Notes under the pieces: model-generated
What the model was told of the DNA's origin: nothing
Databases searched by the model: none
Seen by the model: only the letters and a program-made list of their open reading frames with translations
Origin: Psammoneis japonica
Taxonomy: Eukaryota
Reading direction: 5' to 3'
DNA length: 64,000 bases
NCBI GenBank assembly: GCA_008632985.1
Contig: QPGO01000155.1
Location: forward strand, 62,001-126,000
Shown: piece after piece, positions 1-12,756 of the stretch
Numbering within the stretch: the stretch's first letter is position 1
Layout: each line of letters starts with the position of its first letter
Program-made: the position numbers and the translations under genes

Positions 1-739
1 TGGACGGACTAGCTTCAGCGTGCGATTCGTACTGCTGTCTACGTGGTAACCCGCGGAAAAAAAACGAAAAAATGGAGTCATTCAAATTTTTTTTAAACTT
101 CAGGGAGATAAACAAACATAAAATGTCATTTAGGGAAACACTCTTATTTATAAGATTCAATAGTGAAGGATAATTATAAAACGTTTCGATAGTACGACTA
201 GAATATAAAGATCAAGAAATGATTACTTACATTTATCACATTGAAATTTCAAAAAAATCAAACGGCTCGAAAAGGAAAGGGGGCTTTTTCGCGGAGAGAA
301 TCATCATGATCCTGCCCGCTGCCTGCAGCACCTCCATCAGCATCCTTCGGCAACTCCACATCAGTGAGAAGAAACGATTGTAAAAATGATCAAGAGAAAG
401 TGGCACAAAGTTGTCTTTGAGGGGTTGCAAGCCAGTCATCATGCAAACTGTTCGGCGCTGCATTGGGTGTGAGTCCCTTGTGGTGTGTGTGTCCACTTTG
501 GCACTGCAAGCCTCTTCATCAAAGCTGTTGCTGCTGGCTCTTTGAATTCAACCCAGCCATGATGGCAAGAGTCAAGCAAGTGCTGGCTGTTTGAACATCC
601 AGAGACAAGGAGGTGGGTGGTCAAACTTGCTGACCCAACGTTGTCTTCAGTCTTGGGGCAAAGAGCTGGTGCCAAAAGAACACCCCCAATGGAACCTCAT
701 TTTTGGCACGTGGTTGTCATTTGGCAATCATGTGAGGAC

Positions 740-2540
740 TTTCTTCTTTCAAGCTGGCTCTGTCTGGAACCCCTCTTCTTCCAGGGCTTGAATCTCTGCC
801 AACCACAAAGGCAACACAGCCCACTTTTTAGAGAATGGCAACATGGCGACACCACACCATTGGAGTCATCGACTGGTGCTGCAACAGCTTGTGCTTTCTT
901 CTTCTTGGGTCATGCAATGACAATGTTCTCCTCATCATGGACATCAATGTTGGCATCATTGTCACATCCAAGCCGTGCACAAACAAGCAACAGCATTGCT
1001 TGGAGCTTCTTCCAATCCGCGCCAGCAAAAGCAGCCAGCTCAACAGCCAGTCATTGGCAGCACCAAAATGATTGCTCCTTTGTTCAGAGAATGTTGCTTT
1101 GCCCTTCTGACATTTAAAAAAATCAAGAGCAAGGCTGAAGAAAGACTCGTCAAACAGCCACTTCTTGAGCCATTTTGACAATGCTGAAGAGTGTGATTTT
1201 GCAATCCCCAGGGAGGCAAACAAAAGATTGAGAAGGAGGCGGAGTGATTGCATGCTCACAGGTGAAGACCAGTGGTGCCACTCTAATTTCTTCTTGTTTC
1301 TTGTCAAGCATCATTCTTGTGATCTCACTTGATTTAAATGTCTTGAGTTTTCCCAGACCCCAGATCAAAACCACCAACAGAGTGAGATGTTGCACTCACA
1401 GCTTTGAAAGGGTTGCACAATGGCTGCAGCAGTTTTTGCTTGTCTCTCAAAACTCTGAGAGCTGAAGTGGTGCCCTCATGTGCACCATGTGGACAATGCA
1501 CACACATGCCAAAACAATCACAAATGATGGAGCCCTCCTTCTTTGACAAAAATTTAGAAAAAGAAACCCCACACACCACACAGAGAAGGCAGAGCAACTC
1601 AAGCCAATGCATGAAGAAGCAACCCGACAATGCATCTGCACCTCCAGAACTTGCACAGCCCAGCATGCAAGCAGACAGAGGTGTTGTTCACTCCACACAA
1701 GACTTTGTCAGACTCAACAAGGCCAAGGGGGCTTGCTTTGCCACAGCTGCCTGTGGCTGCAACAGTTGACTGAGCCTGGGTGAGGGAGTGGCTGCAGCAG
1801 CTGCTGGGTTGGCAGAGGGGTTTACAAACCCAGCTCAACCCCTGAAGGTGCTAGAAGAACTCTGAAGTGCTCTTGGATTTGTCTGCCATGGTGCAATTGT
1901 GAGGTTGTTGCTGTGAGTTGCATGCATGTGTTGAGTGGAGCAAGAGCAAGCAGCACTGCCAAGCTGCTTCTGGCACTCTGTGGCTCAAGTTTGGCACTTG
2001 GGATTGCCGCTGCCTCACCCATCATTCCCATCATCATGTCAGATGTGTTTGATGTCTTTTGTTCCAACAGCAAAGAGGGGTTGACATCATCAGTGCTTGC
2101 ATTTTTTTCTGCAGAGGAGGACACATCAGCAGCAGTTGTGTGTGCAGCACAGCAATCTTCCAATTGTGAGAAAAGTGAACAGAACAAGCAAAAAATGAGT
2201 GAGAGAGGTCCATCTGCTGCAAGTGACCATGCATGGAATGTGCAGGAATTGTGCTGGAAACAACAGACCAATGTGGAGGGCGACAGCTTTGAGCTCCATT
2301 TCACTGCACAGCAGCTTTCCAGGCATGTTTGCATGAGCCGCTGTGTTTGGCAAAAGATGCTGGCACTGCTGTCATGTGTTTGCAAACAAACAACAAGCCA
2401 AACCAAGCAACAAAGAATGCAACAAGACAGCATTGTTCAAGCAGGTGACTCCAAAGCAACAAATGTCATCATCTCACTCAAATGAGCAACTTCAAAAAAT
2501 GAATGAGTGGGATTTGCTGTTTTTAATTTGATGAAAAAAA
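740..2540 (+). repeat. Diverged direct repeat, copy 1 (~1.8 kb)
   Basis: Collinear anchors shared with 5280-7240: tttcaagctggctctgtctggaaccc (~747/~5286), cagggaggcaaacaaaag (~1210/~5711), cagagaaggcagagcaa (~1581/~6071), ccatcatcatgtcag (~2028/~6671), atgctggcactgctgtcatgtgt (~2357/~7096). Confidence 0.8.
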
Positions 2541-5279
2541 AACATGATTTAAAGTGCTGTTGCACCTTTGCCCAGCAGTGCTGGCACCGGCTGACCCACA
2601 CTTCCAGTGCACTCTTCAAGGAGTGCAGCAGAAGCTTGTGTGATCAGCCGGAATTAGCGCCCTTGGCAGAGGAGTGCTGACACCCATCAGAAATGACTGG
2701 CAATGGCGCAAGTGCTGCTTCAAGCTTTCTTTCAATGTCTGGGTTGATCTGTGGCCATCCAGCTCTGCATGTGCAATGCAGAAAATGACCGTTGTTCTTC
2801 TGCTGAAGCCATCAAAATGCCTCAATTTTTTTGCCAAGTGCTCTTGCCATTTGTTGCATGTTGCAGTTGGCTCTGCTTCTGCCGTTCATTGTTGAGCTGT
2901 CTTCCAAGTGTTGAAACCAAAACTGTGCACCAGATGGCTGTGATCTTCCCACAGTTCCCACCAATGTTTCCAAAAAAAGTGCCCAATTTGTGCCGTCCAG
3001 ACTGGGGTGTGTTTGTTTTCATTTGATGCTGGTGCAGGAGGCCTGGGTCACAGAGGCATCTGGACTGGAGCAGGTTCCACAGAGTGGAGAAGTGACCGCC
3101 AAAAAGTTGGTGCCACCCAATGTCTGTCTGAGCTTTCCACAGAGCTCAACATCTGTGATCTGTGAATGACGTCCTCCTGGTGGGTCATTTTGTCATTTGA
3201 CCATGTCCATGGAACAAAGCAAGAAAGTCACAAAGAGACAGCATCACATCCAGTTGGTCGCAGTGCTTCTGGAGGCCTTGCAAAAATTGCCTCTGCCATG
3301 CTTTGTTGTTTGGGCAGTGCAAAATGTGGTCTCTGATGTCTTCCATTGGAGACTCACATGACATGCAGCAATGTGGTCTGACTGGGTTGCATCAGTGTGC
3401 AGTCTTGTTCATTGGCAGAATGTCATGAATCAATTTCACAGTGTTGGCGTGTTGCTTGGAGCATCATTTTATGAGAACTGCACGTGTGCCACCAACCGAA
3501 CAATGTTGGGATGCCATTGCTGGTTTTGTTTGACAGTGCACTCCATCAACTGGGGAGCAGCAGCTGCATGCCTGACTTGCCTCTTGCAACCAGATGTCAG
3601 CACACCTTGTTCAAGGGCCAAGTGGGAAAGGCAATTTGTGAAAGAAAGCATGTGGGATGTGTCATGAGGGTGGTGACCTTGGCAATTCCCAGCTGGCTTG
3701 TCTGGCCTCTGGAGCGTGTCTGTCTTGGTGGCCTTGACCCGCTGAAATGCTCAACCATGAAGTGCTGGAACCAACTGTCTCTTCCATCAGGCAGAAAGAG
3801 CAAAGCATTTTGTTGTCAATCACACCCCAATCAGCAGCCAATGCATTGGCTCCCTGATGCTGCAGTTGGAAATTTTGGTCATGATGTGAAGCTTCTTTGG
3901 GAGAGAGGAGGATGGGGCAAGTGGAGGTGAGATTGTTCAAGCACTTGACCAGTGTCTCATTGTTGCAGCAAACATCTGAAGAATGATGGACGCTCATGAT
4001 CCAACAAATGCTCAAAGAAATGGTGCAAAAATCTCATGATCAAAAGGACACCATGCACTTTGGCTCAACAGGAAGACTGCTGTTTTCCAAACACTGGCGC
4101 TGCACAGTTTGCCAATGGGCATTGCATTGCTCCAAACGTTTTGTTCACAGATCTGACACTTCCCAGCACAAGGTGCTGCACAGCAAAGCAATGTGCCAAT
4201 GCAGCAATTGGAGCATGAAGTCATGCATTGGAGAAGAGGGCAGCTTCCCATGGGGAAAATGCTTGAAGCACGTCCAGGGACATGTCTGGAAAATGCAACA
4301 GTCCTGGAAGTTGCAAAGAAGCATGAGGGACATCAAATTGCCATCTTCCACGGCAGTCAGGTTGACAGGGAAAGACTCTCCCAATGGTGCTGGTGCTGCT
4401 TTGATCTCAGCCAGGGTCAGCTCTTGCACCATTGACTGAGAAGATGTCAAATCCTGATGGAGAGTGCACGTGCAAGTGTTCTTCCAAAGGGAAAAAACAT
4501 GCTGAAGCCCACACTCTCATCTTGGAAGGAGCAAGTGACCAGTTGTCAAGAGGTTCTTTCAAGGAGTGTTTTCAGTGGGATGGCGTGAAAGGGCACATGG
4601 CTTGCACCATGCTGGCCAAGCTTGGGATTCAGATGACTCTGTTCCATGTCATTTGGTGCACCAGCACTGCTTCTGTGGGATGGGTTGCTGGCAATTTTTG
4701 TTGTGTCCAAAGTTGCAGTCCATCACCAATGCAATGTTGGAATCAATCTGTCACATCTCTCTGTGAGAAAAAATCTGTGATTCCAGGGCTGCATCCATCA
4801 AACACTGATTGTCCATGGAGTGGGAGAACACCATTTTCCTTCAGCCAAGCAAACTTGGTCTTTGATTCATTGGAGAAATGCTCTCACCAAAGCAAACCAG
4901 CAGAATTCAACATTTGGGAGCACCACATCTGCATCCCACAAGAAACTCACTCCTGTTCTCAGGTTTAGCTGTGTCCATGCAACTGCAATGTGCAACAAGT
5001 TGTGAGGTTGATCCATGCCCCATTGCAGGTGGTCAATGCCTCTTGAGTGCTTGAGCAAGAGCAACTGCTGCAGCTGTGCCACTCCTTTTTTCTGGCGCCA
5101 TTGCAAAAATCATCAAGCAAGCACTGATGAGTTGAAACATCCAGAAAAGGAGGTGTGGGTTGTCCAAGTCTGTCCTGCCATTGTCTTCATTGGAGCAAAG
5201 GGCTGGCATCAAGAACACAAACAGCACAATGTGCCCCCCCCAAGGCACCTGGTTTTCATTTCACAACCATGTGTGACTG

Positions 5280-7240
5280 TCTTTTTTCAAGCTGGCTCTG
5301 TCTGGAACCCCTGTTCTTCCAGAGGGCTTGCATCTCTGCCACTGCAAAGACAACACAACCCACTCTTTTTAGAGAAGGGCACAATGCCACCATGTGGCAT
5401 TTCCTTCCTTTGTTCTGCAGAGGGTGGTGCTCTGCATGTTGCCATTGACTCCAGTGCTGGCCGCACTGTCTTGTCCCCAAGCCGTGCACAAACAGCTGCA
5501 TGACTCAGAGCTTCTTCCAAGCAATTCTGAGCAAGCAGCTCATCCTCCAGCACTGGAAGCTGCCCCTTTGTTTGGAGAAGAGTGTTGCTCCATCACCCAT
5601 CTGACATTTGAGGAAATCAAGAGCAAGGAGGCTGACAAAGAGCTCATGAAACAGCCACTTCCCAAGCCATTTGATTGACAACATGCCAAGGAGTGTGATT
5701 TTGCAGTCTCCAGGGAGGCAAACAAAAGGTTGCAAAGGAGGTGGAGCAAGGGTGTGCTTGGAGGTGAAGACCAGCGATGTCATTTTAACAACCTCTTCTT
5801 GGTTTGTCATCAAACATCATTCTTGTGACCACTTCCTTGGTGAAAACCACCAACAGAGTGCTGCTTCACTTGCAGCAGCTTTGAAAGAGGGTTGGCGCTG
5901 CAGTGATTTTCACTCATCTGTCTTCAGCACTCTGGGCTGAAGTGGTGCCTTCACATGTGCCTTGCAGACAATGCACACATCCACTGACTGAACACAAACA
6001 AGCGCGGAGCTGGCATCAGCTGGCTGGAGCCCTCCTTCTGTTGACAAAAATCATTTAGAAAAAAATCACACAGAGAAGGCAGAGCAATTCAAGCCAGAAC
6101 AACACCCGAACATTGCATCTGCCAATGTGCATCCCCAATGACTGCCCCCAAGCAAGTGCTGGTTGCTGACTTTGCTCATCACTTGTTTTTGGTCCTGCTG
6201 AGTTTTCAGCCCAGGGGGCAAATCTGCTTTTTACAGCCTTCTTCTTTTGATGCCCTCCTTGCTCCCTGTTGAGCACTGCTTCCTTTCTGGTGTCTGTGTC
6301 ATCAGTCAGCTGCACCTGACACACATCCAGAGGCATTTGCACAGCACAGCATGCAAGCAGCAGCACAGAGAGGTGTTGCCACACTGCACCACACTTCAGC
6401 AGATGTGCTGGCATGGCTGCAGGAGAAGTTGGCTGAGCCTGGGAGAGGGAGGTTGCAGCTGCAGGGTCAACAGAGGGGTCCACAAATCTGACAGACCCCC
6501 AAACATGCAAAGCTCTGAAGCACTCTTGGCATCATGTGCTGTGTTGCTGTGGGCAGTGTGCATCTTTTGAGCTGAGCAGGAGCAGCACTGCTGAGCTGCT
6601 TTGAACTTCTGGTGCTTGACGACTCAAGCTTTGCACTCCAGCAGACCCCCCACCACCTCACCAACAACTCCCATCATCATGTCAGCTGTGTTTGATGCCT
6701 TTTGTTCAAGCAAAGAGAGGCTGATGTCAGTGCTTGTGTTGTTTTTCCTTGTGCACAGTGGCTGCACACACAGCATTTGCTGTTGCAGCAAAATCTTTCT
6801 GCAGCAATGTTCAGATTGTTGAAAGAAGTGAAGAGAGAGTGAGAAGAAAAAAATGAGTGAGAGATGCTGATCTGCTGCAAGCAGTGCATGGAATGTGCAG
6901 AAATTGTGCTGGAAACGATGCGTTTTGCTGCACAGCGTGGCACCTGTGGTCACAAGAACATTGTGGGACAAACATGGAGGGTGCAGACAACTCTGGCTGA
7001 GCTCCATTTTGTTGCACAACAGCTCCAGGCAAAGGAGCAGCACAAGCTCAGCATGCTTGCATGAGTCAGTCAAAAACCGCTGTGATTGGCAAAAAATGCT
7101 GGCACTGCTGTCATGTGTCATGTGTGAACAAACAACAAGCCAACAGTTGAGCAACAAAGAATGCAACAAGTCATCATCATTCAAGCAAGCAACTTCAAAC
7201 AATGAATGAAGGGGCTTTGCTGCTGTTTAATTTGATGCAC
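5280..7240 (+). repeat. Diverged direct repeat, copy 2
   Basis: Same collinear anchors as 740-2540, with indels between them. Confidence 0.8.
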
Positions 7241-8930
7241 TGCAGCTTTTCAATCCCAGCACCACCAAAGCAGCTGGAGTTCTTGACAACCTCTGCTCCA
7301 CTCCATCTGATGGCAGTCTGTTTCCACAAGGTTTGCCACAGCTGTGAGCAGCTCAAAATGTTGGAAATTTCACACATCTTTCAATCTTTTTGATTGTGCT
7401 TCAAGTGTTTTCATTTCTAAAAAACCTCTTGCTTTGGGCACATGTGTTGCATGTCAAGCTTGTGGCTGGTGCATGCCATGCTCTCTTTGGGCTGTGAGGC
7501 ATGTTCAAAGTGCTGTGGTGCCAGCATCACACCCACATTTTGCTCACTGCTGTGCTCGTTGGGCCTTTTAAACACCCTTTCAGGTGTGGAGGACTCCTCT
7601 GCTGTCACATGTGCGCTGAGTGGAACAAAACACAATTTGGGAGAGCACCCCCAACTGGGGACATGCCAGGCCTGCCACACTGCAACCATTTTGTTGAGCA
7701 GCCACTTTGTTGAGCACATGTTCAGGGGCATTGCTGGCCTTGAAAACACCCTTCAATTGCATGCCATTTGCATTGAATTGTGTCCTGTGTCTGTGCTTTC
7801 TGCTGGGCATTGTCCAAAGATTGTGGGCTGCATTTCTGGGGACTTTGTGCACCAAACTTGTTGTTGGGTGAGTGAGCAGGAGGTGGCAAGGCAGAGTTCT
7901 TTGGGAGGAGGTCAAGAAGTGTGGGCTCATGAGTGGACATGAAGAAAGAGCCCAGCTCTTTGCTTCCTGTCTGTGGTCTGTGGGGGACCTGTGCAAGTCA
8001 CTTGCTTCCCTGGTGCTCCCTGCGAATGTGATGATCATGCGCGCACCTCACAACATCTTTTGCTCCTGCAAGCTGGCAAAAATGTGCTCGCTCCAGTGGG
8101 GCTCTTTTCCAAAAGATGGAGAAGGTGGTGAGAGAAGCCAACAGGCCAAAATTTGCCACCAGCTGCATCAAGAGCTCAGTGCTGGCACTCAACACTCTTC
8201 TTGCTGGCTTTTTGAGGGAGATTTGCAGCACCATCTTGCCAGCAACACACACACCATTGCTGCTGCAATGAGCAGCTGTGGCAACATGCACAAACCAAGT
8301 GGCGCAAGCTCATCAGATTCTCTCTAATCTCAGCTTTCCCAACAACATTGTTGCCTCTCATCATTCTGGCACATTTGCGTGCAGCGCTGTCTCGTGTTGG
8401 GTGAAGAGTGGAGGCAGCATGAACTCAGCTTGTCAACATGTGGCTGACAGACAAAAAAAAGAAGAGGGGGTTGCTTTCACACATCTGCCTTCCCATTGGG
8501 TGAATCTAAAGATTGCCATTTCTGGCAATGAGGGCATTGCATCATGGCTGGGACTCAAATGTGCAGCAGCACCAGGTGCCAAGATTTTTGACAAAATTGG
8601 CGGCAGCATCAAAAATGAGCTGGTGCACACACCAGTGGCCCTGTGGAAAACCTGAGGCTCAAAGGGCTGACAATGATGACAATGAATTTGATGAAGAAGA
8701 CCTTCCTTCCATGAAAATGCACCCCATGGGCACTTGCCAAGTTGAGTTTGATGGGCTTGAGAGAACCCAAGAAGCAAGTGCAATCTTTCTTCAAAAAAAG
8801 TCCCAGCCACATGGTTTGAACCAAAAATGGAGTTCAGCACAACAAACAAGCCAACAGCGCTAAATCTCAGATGTGCGGAAGAACAGTCTCTGTTCTCAGC
8901 ATGCACCTGACCGTTGCGGTGAGATTAGAC

Positions 8931-11900
8931 TAAGGACCGGCTAAATGCGCTGGTCAAAACCAGGTTTTGCGCTCCTTTGTGCACCGAAACTGGCTGCGCG
9001 CATGCCACGTAGATGCAGTGCTGCTCGATGACGTCACCACCTCCCTCCACACTGCAGCAACCAGCAACTGCACAAATCCAATGCCCATGATGCCCTCACG
9101 TTGCTGTTGCCGTCGTTGAGTGCACAGAGTGACCAAGCATGACGAGGTCAAGGAAGAGGCGCAGTGCCTCACAGGGGTGTGCCACAGCAGTGCTGTCCAA
9201 TGACAATGCCGAGCCCCCACCAATGAAAAAGAAGCCGCCGCTCAAGGGTGTGGCATTGATGCTGCAGAAGCAACAGGAGACTCACAACAGGGTCGAGGAG
9301 CGATTCGTCAATTGCTGGCAGAAATCAGAGGTCAAGAACAATGGACCGGAGAATTGGGCAGTGCTTCAGCAAAAGTTGGATGAGGAGGTGTCACCACAGT
9401 TGGACGACATCATGATGCAGATGGAAGCAGATGCTGAGTCAATGACTGCAGAGACTTTAGAGGAAGCAGATGAACTTCGCAATGTCACGAATGACTTGAA
9501 GGCTTGCATTCGAAATGCCAAGAACTGTGCCTCTGATGCCAAGCAAATTCTTGTTGGAGCCTCCCACCGGTGCAATGCTGCGAAAGCTGGTGAAGGAACC
9601 ATGGAGGAGCTGCAGAGGTTGCAGCTGCTAAAGCAAAGAGCAGAAAAGGTGGTGAATGTGGCTCAGCACACGGAGGAAGAGGCGGAGCAACAGCAAAAAG
9701 AAAAGGCACTTTTGAATGAGACCATGGCCATGGAAGCTGCAGAGAATGGTGCTGACAATGGTGTTGGCACGGACAACGATGCTGCTGGAGCGGAAGCAGC
9801 GGTCGCTCCTCCCATTGAAGGTGAAACTCTTGTTGGCATGGACAACGATGCTGCTGGAACAGAAGCGACGGATGCTGTTGCTCCTTTCAGGCAAGGTGAA
9901 ACTGTGTTTGGTCTGCATCAATTTGCTCCGCCGAAAGAAGCGCGCAACATGCGGAAGCGATCAGTGCGAAAGTTGCCCCCCAAAAAAACCAGCGGCGATT
10001 CTCAGGTGCAGACGGCCAAGGCAAAGACGACAACCAAAATGATCACACAAGCTGAATTTGATGGCATCATGTCTAAAGGCTTCACTGTGGCAAACACAGT
10101 GCATGATTCACCAAACAAACGGGGCGAACCTTTGACGTTTGCGGGTGGGTGCGTGCACTGCGAGTGTTGCAATGGAAAGCATCTTGAAAAGAAGGAAATT
10201 CGTCATCACCTTGCTGGCAAGAAACACAAAGACCCAAAGAAAACGTGTGAAGCATCAAAGGTGGAGACGCAAACCAGGATTCGCAACATGAACAGTTTCT
10301 TGGAAGAGAACAACATGCAAGGCCAGACGCTTCCGGATGAAACAAAAGCATTTCGCGTGAAGACACTCGAGATCTTCTGCAAAGGAGGCTTTCCCATCGA
10401 AAGTGTCCCACCAGTGCAGGCATGTGACACAGAAAATGAAGCATGCGGGTGTGTCACTCTTTCTCTTGCTGACAACAGCCTTGTTTCTTGTTTTGTCCCG
10501 CAGACGGAATTGGAGCAGCTTGCGGGGAACGGATTGTCTGTCGGTGGTGTGCGTGGGGTGCTCGACATGGCAGAACTGCTTCGAGAGGAGCATGTCAAGA
10601 AGATCCGAAGTCTCGCTGCAGATTGCTGTCCTCAGTTTGGTCTTGTTGTTGATGGATCACCATTCTTTGCCGATGCCATGGCTTTCAAACTCCGCGTGGT
10701 CCACAAGGCGATGTTTGAAATCGTGGAGCTGCTCCTCCACATAAAGCTGTGCGACCACACACTGAATGGTGAAGAACCAGCTGGAGAGATTGTTGAAGCT
10801 CTCTGTGAGCAATGCAACATCGCTCTGTCGTCTTGGCGGGCATTCATGATGGACCGAGTGGGCACGAATTGCAAAGCCGTCACTGTTGCTGCCAATCGAA
10901 CCAATGCTCGACCCATGGAAGCTCCTTGCTGCAGTCATGGTGTCAACAATTCTGGAAAGAAGTTTGAATGTCCTGAGGGAAAAACCACACTGAAGGGCCT
11001 AACAAGCATGGTGAAGCACGGCCTCTGTAAAGCAAGAGATGTGTTTTGCAGAATGCTTGGCGAATTGCCGAAGAAAGGAGGCTCTCCACGTTGGTGTGTG
11101 CATTTTGAGCATGCGTCCCAAACTGATGGGATTGGCATTCCAAAGATTGAAGGTTGCGTCAATCCATTCAAAAGAGAGCACCAAAACACTTCAGACAACA
11201 TTGAGCGACACCATTGCCCATGCCACTGGATCCGTTGAGATTGCTGCTGTTGCCGATGGTGGAGAACAACTCTGTAAGACCTGCTGCAATTGCAAAGGGG
11301 ATGCTCCACTTGTGCTGACGGCATTTCACATGCTCTCTGATCTGCGTGAAACAATTGGAAATGATGGTTCCGGGATTGCTTGGACGGCGCCAGACAAAGC
11401 AGCTGGCGATGCAGCGGCAAGTGTGGGTGTTTGTTTGGTGGAGTGTGATGCCAAGGTGAGTGCTGCTGCAGCTAATTTAGAAGAAGCAGATGCCAAATTG
11501 ATGGCGGCCAATGAATTGCTTGCCGCCCTTGTTCCGCAATGACGTGCCGGAGCAGGTGATCGCCAGTCGTCTCATCGGACTGCAAACCACAACCCCGCAT
11601 CGTTTGCTGAGAGTTCTGAAGTCAAGACTGCTCGCGAAACAGCACAAAAGGCGGAAGAAAAGAAGGATGCCATGAAACGGGTGATGGAGGCTAGAGAAGA
11701 CGAGCGAGAGTCGTGGAAAGAAGGCAAGCTGTTGTCCAAACAAGATTTTGTTGAGCACGGCAAAACGTGTGTCAAGCCTGGGTTCGACTGCTTCATTGAC
11801 AAGTTCATCGAACAAAATGGACCACACCGTGGCGTTGTGGATGCCTTCCGTGCTGCTGCATCGTTCAACCCTCTCGAAATGAGCGACAAGTCCATCAACG

Positions 11901-12574
11901 AAATGGAAGATCTTGTTGATCAACTTTCATCATTCAAGTTTTTGAAGAGTTCAGTCCTGACTTTCTGCTCAAGTTGAAGGAAGAATTACCAGCTTGTTGT
12001 GCCGCCATTGAATTGGGATTCAATTGGAGCAGCGTGGATGGTGCAGAAAAGCATGACGAGGACTCGAAGAAGAAGCATGACGGCGATGAATCAAGCTGGA
12101 AGTCGGACAGAGACGAGACCGCAAGGCGTGTTTGGGAGTGGTGGAAAGCCAGGGGGGGGGGCAGGTTTACATGTCCAAAGCTTGCTGTACACTTGGTAGT
12201 GTTGGTTCAAGTCTCAAGTGTGAGTGTAGAGCGTGTGTTCTCTCAGTTGAAAAGGATTCTCGAGAGCTCACAGCATGAGATCCTGCACGACATTCTTGAG
12301 ATCCGCATGTTTGAACGAATGAACAGCAAGCACTATCACTTGCTTGAGTAGGCCACAGCTTTTAATGTATGCATTAGTTAGCATTGTGGTTGTCACTTGT
12401 TTCTAATTACTTCTGTTGCAGTTGCTAGCTTGTCACTAGGGTGCATTGCGACGTTTTGCTGTGAGACACGTAGAATCCTAGTATGTTTCTACGCAGAAGC
12501 GCATTTTTGCGCATTTAGCGCAAAATGAGCCCCAAAAAATCAAAAATGCGCACTGCGCATTTAGCCGGTCCTTA
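8931..12574 (+). mobile_element. hAT-superfamily DNA transposon, both ends intact
   Basis: Perfect 20-bp TIRs (TAAGGACCGGCTAAATGCGC at 8931-8950; reverse complement at 12555-12574). 8-bp TSD GATTAGAC at 8923-8930 and 12575-12582. Internal hAT transposase. Confidence 0.95.
9139..12351 (+). pseudogene. hAT transposase, disrupted
   Basis: N-terminal Zn finger (CECC...HLAGKKH). DDE core motifs LVVDGSP, FMMDR, PCCSH (CxxH) and SPRW. C-terminal hATC motif WEWWK...SSVSVERVFSQLKRI. Frameshifts near 11170 and 11960, in-frame TGA at 11540-11542, probable relic intron 10420-10503. No Tyr in the 699-aa ORF. Confidence 0.88.
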
Positions 12575-12756
12575 GATTAGACTGTGTGATGGGCAAAACC
12601 CCGGACTACATTTCAAAATTTGAAATTTCGAAACTCTCAACGCTTCTATAAATTGTACTAGCATCTGAATATAGAATATTTTTCTCAACGCCTAACGCTT
12701 TGAGACGCATGCCTCTCGCTTTTCACACTCACAATATTTCTCTACATACGTCAACA

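Larger units (their letters stand above)
240..8920. mobile_element. Old, heavily mutated repeat/transposon-derived block (family not identifiable)
   Basis: TpA and CpG are both almost absent and TG/CA very abundant. All frames give short Cys/His-rich, Tyr-poor ORFs. Contains a large internal duplication. No termini identified; boundaries are approximate and based on composition. Confidence 0.55.

Noticed and set aside
40..300. Possible transposon terminus at the left edge of the eroded block
   Set aside because: A/T-tract structure is suggestive, but no matching inverted repeat or TSD was found near 8.9 kb or 12.6 kb.
740..7240. LTR retrotransposon with 1.8-kb LTRs
   Set aside because: No TG..CA termini, PBS/PPT, TSD or RT/integrase motifs could be identified.
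240..8920. Dozens of 60-200 aa ORFs as genes (also 55-62 kb)
   Set aside because: Explained by TAA/TAG loss. They overlap in all frames, are Cys/His-rich and show no recognisable domains.
9139..12150. Ordinary CpG methylation decay or classical fungal RIP as the cause of TG/CA excess
   Set aside because: CpG is abundant here while TpA is missing, and RIP would increase TpA, not remove it.
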